Below, piece by piece: positions 15,161 to 18,339 of a DNA stretch of 18,339 bases. The position numbers were made by a program, and so were the translations under genes. The DNA is taken from positions 1-18,339 of the forward strand of contig JAWXCN010000239.1 in the NCBI GenBank assembly GCA_034408725.1. Reading direction: 5' to 3'. The notes below the pieces were generated by a model. That model did no database searches. It worked only from the letters and a program-made list of their open reading frames with translations, and was not told the origin of the DNA. Source of the stretch: Candidatus Hydrogenedentota bacterium (GTDB lineage: Bacteria > Hydrogenedentota > Hydrogenedentia > Hydrogenedentales > SLHB01). Position 1 is the stretch's first letter; each line of letters begins with the position of its first letter.

Positions 15161-17599
15161 ATGAAGCAGATCGCATCCATCATTCTATGCGCGGGCAGAG
15201 GACGCCGCATGCAGGCCCGGCGCATGCCGAAGGTGTGTTTTCCGATTGCGGGGAAACCGGCAGTGCTGCATCTTTTGGAACACCTGCGCGGTCTCGAGGT
15301 GACGCCCAATATCCTCGTCGTGGGACATTTAGCGGGCAAAGTGATCGACGAGGTCGGGCCAAAATTTCCAGAGGCGGCATTTGTCTATCAGGCCGAACTT
15401 CTTGGCACCGGCCACGCAGCGAAACAGGGCGCGGCAATGTTACAGGGTCTCGGATTCGACGGCGCGGTGCTAATCGTCGCGGGCGACAAAGTGATCGAGC
15501 GGCGGGCGCTCGACAAATTGCTGACGTCATTTGATCGGGAGCAACCGGACATTGCGCTGCTTACCGCGCCGAAGTCACGCTGGCCCAACGCGGGACGCAT
15601 CATCACGGATACGGCGGGAAAGGTGCTTCGCGTCATTGAACGCGCGGACCTTGCCAATGCCGAATCCCGCGATATCACCTTCCATCTGGGTAACGAGACG
15701 ATAAGCGCCGCGGAACTCGAAGCAAACACTACCTGCGTGAATCAAGCGGTCTATTTATTCAAAGCATCTGTGCTGTTTGAATCGCTTGACGCATTGTCTC
15801 GCGGCAATGTTCAAAAAGAAGAATATCTCACCGATACAATTGCGTACGTCGTTGAACGGGGTGGACACGTGTTGCCTGTCCCCGTCGATGCGCCTGACGA
15901 TGTGCTGGCATTCAACAATCCCGAAGAACTGCTGGAAATCGAGGACTTTTTCCGGACCAAGGGCATTTCGACACTTCAACGAGAGGCGACACCAAACCCG
16001 ATAATTTTCAAACCCCCAGCGGAATGGGCCGCGCGCCTACGGAATCCCGATGAATCAATGAAGTCCCTGTTCCGCGACATCTATGGGTCAAATGACGCGC
16101 TACGGGAACAAAAGCGGCTTCGGCTGCTCGCAGCGGTTGAGCTTTTCATCGAACATTTTGGGACCAGCGGCGCGGTAACCGTGGTTCGCGCGCCTGGCCG
16201 AATTAATCTTATGGGCCGACACGTCGATCATCGCGGGGGCTGCGTGAACCTTATGGCGATCGACCGCGAGCATATTCTTGTGGCGCGGCCGCGTTCCGAT
16301 GGGGTCGTGCGCGCGCGAAATGCCGAGGTCTCCCAGTTCCCGGACATCGAGTTCAGTGTTGGAGATCTGCTCGAAAAGGTTGGGCTCGACGACTGGCGGG
16401 AATTCGTGAACAGCGGCATCGTGATGTCGATGGTACGTGACCTCGCGGGCGACTGGGGCAATTACCTGAAGGCGCCCATGCTGCGCCTCCAACAACAGTT
16501 CAAGGACCGCCTCATTCACGGGGTTGATTGCATCGTCACCGGTGACATACCGATGGCCGCGGGGTTGAGTTCTTCTTCCGCGTTGGTGGTGGCCATGGCA
16601 GAAGCCCTTGTGCTTTCAAACGCGCTTGATGTGTCTTCACACGATCTTGTTGACGTGTGCGGCGAAGGAGAATGGTTTGTTGGCACGCGAGGGGGAAGCG
16701 CCGATCACGCCGCAGTGAAACTGAGCCAGTCACGCCGCGTCGCCCACGTGTGCTTCTTCCCATTTGCCATCAAGGACTACCTGCCGTTCCCCGAAGACTG
16801 TTCACTTGTGATCTGCAATTCGCGCGTGCAGGCGCGAAAAGCGGCAGGCGCGCGAGAAACCTTTAACGAGCGCATTGCATCGTACGAATTTGCGGTGCGC
16901 TGGGTGAAAAAGCGGTTCCCGCACTACGCGCCATTGATTCAACATCTTCGCGATGTGGCGCCGGACACGCTCGGCATTCGCCCCGCGGATATTTATCGCA
17001 TCCTGCTTGAAGTGCCGGAACGCATTACACCAGCCAAACTTCGCGACGAACTTGGCGACGAGCAGTTAGATGTCTTGCACGTCCCGCCGCGGGAGTATGA
17101 ATTGCGCGGCCGCCTCTTGTTTGGCATTGCGGAATGCGAACGGAGCAGGAGGGCGCACGATGCGCTAAAACGCGGCGACATGCCTCGCCTCGGCACGTTG
17201 ATGAACATCTCTCATGACGGAGATCGCGTGCGCCGCTCAAACAATTCGCCCGGCATTGCCGATCTTTCGGACGCCGCTTTGCAAACATTCATCGGTGGCC
17301 TGGCCAGCGAAGATGGGCGCCGCGTCGAGTCCGCGCAGATTTACGCGCAACCCGGGGTTTACGCGTGCAGCATCCCTGAAATTGACCGGATGGTCGATAT
17401 CGCCAAAGATTGCCCAGGCGTTTTTGGGGCTCAGTTGTCGGGCGCGGGCCTTGGCGGATGCATGATGGTACTCGTGTCCCGCGACGCTGGAGACGCAGTC
17501 ATCGAGCGCTTGAACGAACAGTACTACGGATTGAGTGGTCTAGAACCGGGCGCGTTCAATTTTAGCCCAATTGCGGGGTCTGGCCCATTGGCGATTTAG
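15161..17599 (+). CDS. Bifunctional sugar-1-phosphate nucleotidyltransferase (GlmU N-domain-like) / GHMP anomeric sugar kinase (galactokinase-like)
   Basis: N-terminal: ILCAGRGRRM...PKV, Q.ELLGTGHA, GD and N.QKEEYLTD. C-terminal: RAPGRINLMGRHVDH, IPMAAGLSSSSA and GAQLSGAGLGG. Confidence 0.92.
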   Translation: MKQIASIILCAGRGRRMQARRMPKVCFPIAGKPAVLHLLEHLRGLEVTPNILVVGHLAGKVIDEVGPKFPEAAFVYQAELLGTGHAAKQGAAMLQGLGFDGAVLIVAGDKVIERRALDKLLTSFDREQPDIALLTAPKSRWPNAGRIITDTAGKVLRVIERADLANAESRDITFHLGNETISAAELEANTTCVNQAVYLFKASVLFESLDALSRGNVQKEEYLTDTIAYVVERGGHVLPVPVDAPDDVLAFNNPEELLEIEDFFRTKGISTLQREATPNPIIFKPPAEWAARLRNPDESMKSLFRDIYGSNDALREQKRLRLLAAVELFIEHFGTSGAVTVVRAPGRINLMGRHVDHRGGCVNLMAIDREHILVARPRSDGVVRARNAEVSQFPDIEFSVGDLLEKVGLDDWREFVNSGIVMSMVRDLAGDWGNYLKAPMLRLQQQFKDRLIHGVDCIVTGDIPMAAGLSSSSALVVAMAEALVLSNALDVSSHDLVDVCGEGEWFVGTRGGSADHAAVKLSQSRRVAHVCFFPFAIKDYLPFPEDCSLVICNSRVQARKAAGARETFNERIASYEFAVRWVKKRFPHYAPLIQHLRDVAPDTLGIRPADIYRILLEVPERITPAKLRDELGDEQLDVLHVPPREYELRGRLLFGIAECERSRRAHDALKRGDMPRLGTLMNISHDGDRVRRSNNSPGIADLSDAALQTFIGGLASEDGRRVESAQIYAQPGVYACSIPEIDRMVDIAKDCPGVFGAQLSGAGLGGCMMVLVSRDAGDAVIERLNEQYYGLSGLEPGAFNFSPIAGSGPLAI

Positions 17600-17639
17600 G
17601 TTGGCGGAGAAATACGAATTGTGAACAAACTGCACTTAG

Positions 17640-17668
17640 TAGACAAATTGGAAAGGTTGTGATATTCT
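17640..17668 (+). promoter_or_regulatory. Putative sigma70 promoter for the PilZ gene
   Basis: TAGACA (17640-45), 17 nt spacer, TATTCT (17663-68) with extended TG-n. Confidence 0.55.
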
Positions 17669-17693
17669 TTCCACGGCATTAGGAGTGCCGGGC

Positions 17694-18131
17694 ATGTCAC
17701 GATACAATACCAACGTCGCTTGGTCTGATCCGTTCGAACCGAAAAAGAGCAACCAGCGCGACTCGGAACGCTTCAAGTTCCGGATCAAAATCTCGATCAC
17801 CGCGCAAAACGGAAATCCTCCCCAACGCCTTGTGGGACCGGGCATTGTACGGAATATTTCTGTATGCGGCGCGTGGTTTGTGACCAAGCATCACCTGGAA
17901 ATCGGTCAAAAAGTGGTCATTGGAATCCCGACGCAACGCTTCGCGGTAACCGACTATTTGCCGGCAATGTTCATCGGGCCTGCCGTGGTTTCACGTCTCT
18001 TGCCAGACACTGACGGGCGGGTCTGGGCAGGAATCCGGTTTGGAGACCTTTTGGCACAGAATATGGAATTCGCATCGTTTATTCAGGGACTGTACTCGTT
18101 GCGGCAGGCGCTTACACGAAAAGAAGAGTAA
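17694..18131 (+). CDS. PilZ-domain protein (probable c-di-GMP receptor); start revised to ATG 17694
   Basis: QRDSER (RxxxR) and NISVCG (D/NxSxxG) motifs, GIRF near the C-terminus, and an AGGAG RBS at 17681-17685. Confidence 0.85.
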   Translation: MSRYNTNVAWSDPFEPKKSNQRDSERFKFRIKISITAQNGNPPQRLVGPGIVRNISVCGAWFVTKHHLEIGQKVVIGIPTQRFAVTDYLPAMFIGPAVVSRLLPDTDGRVWAGIRFGDLLAQNMEFASFIQGLYSLRQALTRKEE

Positions 18132-18214
18132 CCGGCGCGCGCCCGCGCGTCTTTGCGTTTCCGACATCCCCTCCCCTACACTTCCCCGCGTTTGGCCGTT
18201 GGAGATTATTCCCC

Positions 18215-18339
18215 GTGATCCTTCCTGACCGGAAAATAAAAGAATTGTTGGCAAGTGGTGAACTGCGGATCGATTCGCTCGACCCGCGGCAGATAGGCCC
18301 GGCGTCGGTTGACCTGCGGTTGGGGAGATCGTTTTTGAC
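18215..18339 (+). CDS. dcd: dCTP deaminase, 5' partial (runs off the window)
   Basis: Manual translation from GTG: MILPDRKIKELLASGELRIDSLDPRQIGPASVDLRLGRSFL. The PASVDLRLG signature is present, with a GGAG RBS at 18201-18204. Confidence 0.92.
   Translation, partial: MILPDRKIKELLASGELRIDSLDPRQIGPASVDLRLGRSFL

Noticed and set aside
17620-17636. CRP/FNR-like site upstream of the PilZ gene
   Set aside because: Only the TGTGA half-site matches. The second half (TGCAC) does not fit TCACA at N6 spacing.
1-18339. tRNA, rRNA, integrase, transposase or prophage genes
   Set aside because: None was recognisable by eye. A covariance-model scan was not possible, so small ncRNAs cannot be excluded.

Overview
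GC-rich bacterial chromosomal window, mostly housekeeping and envelope genes. The gene repertoire and G-C-P lipoboxes are suggestive of a Hydrogenedentes-like or PVC-like diderm, but that is an impression only. In order: a REP/REPIN-like repeat at the left edge; an SDR plus MBL-fold gene pair (-); three tiny paralogous lipoprotein genes (38-39 aa, below the ORF-track cutoff) with their own promoter, RBSs and terminator (+); a type I R-M hsdM remnant containing a 9-bp tandem repeat; a Tat-exported ceramidase-family hydrolase; a DUF1232/YkvA protein; an orphan TolC-family protein behind a sigma54-like promoter; a startless PIN-domain fragment in frame with the recR stop; recR; def; a membrane-anchored alkaline-phosphatase-superfamily phosphodiesterase; an NTF2-like lipoprotein; a second SDR; a small 4-Cys protein; a 958-aa carboxypeptidase-regulatory-like repeat protein; a nucleotidyltransferase-GHMP kinase fusion; a PilZ protein; and the start of dcd. 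The two most notable items are the GCPR...K micro-lipoprotein triplet (2498-2997) and the fused sugar kinase/pyrophosphorylase with a non-galactokinase substrate motif (15161-17599). All family calls come from motif recognition by eye; no database search was run.
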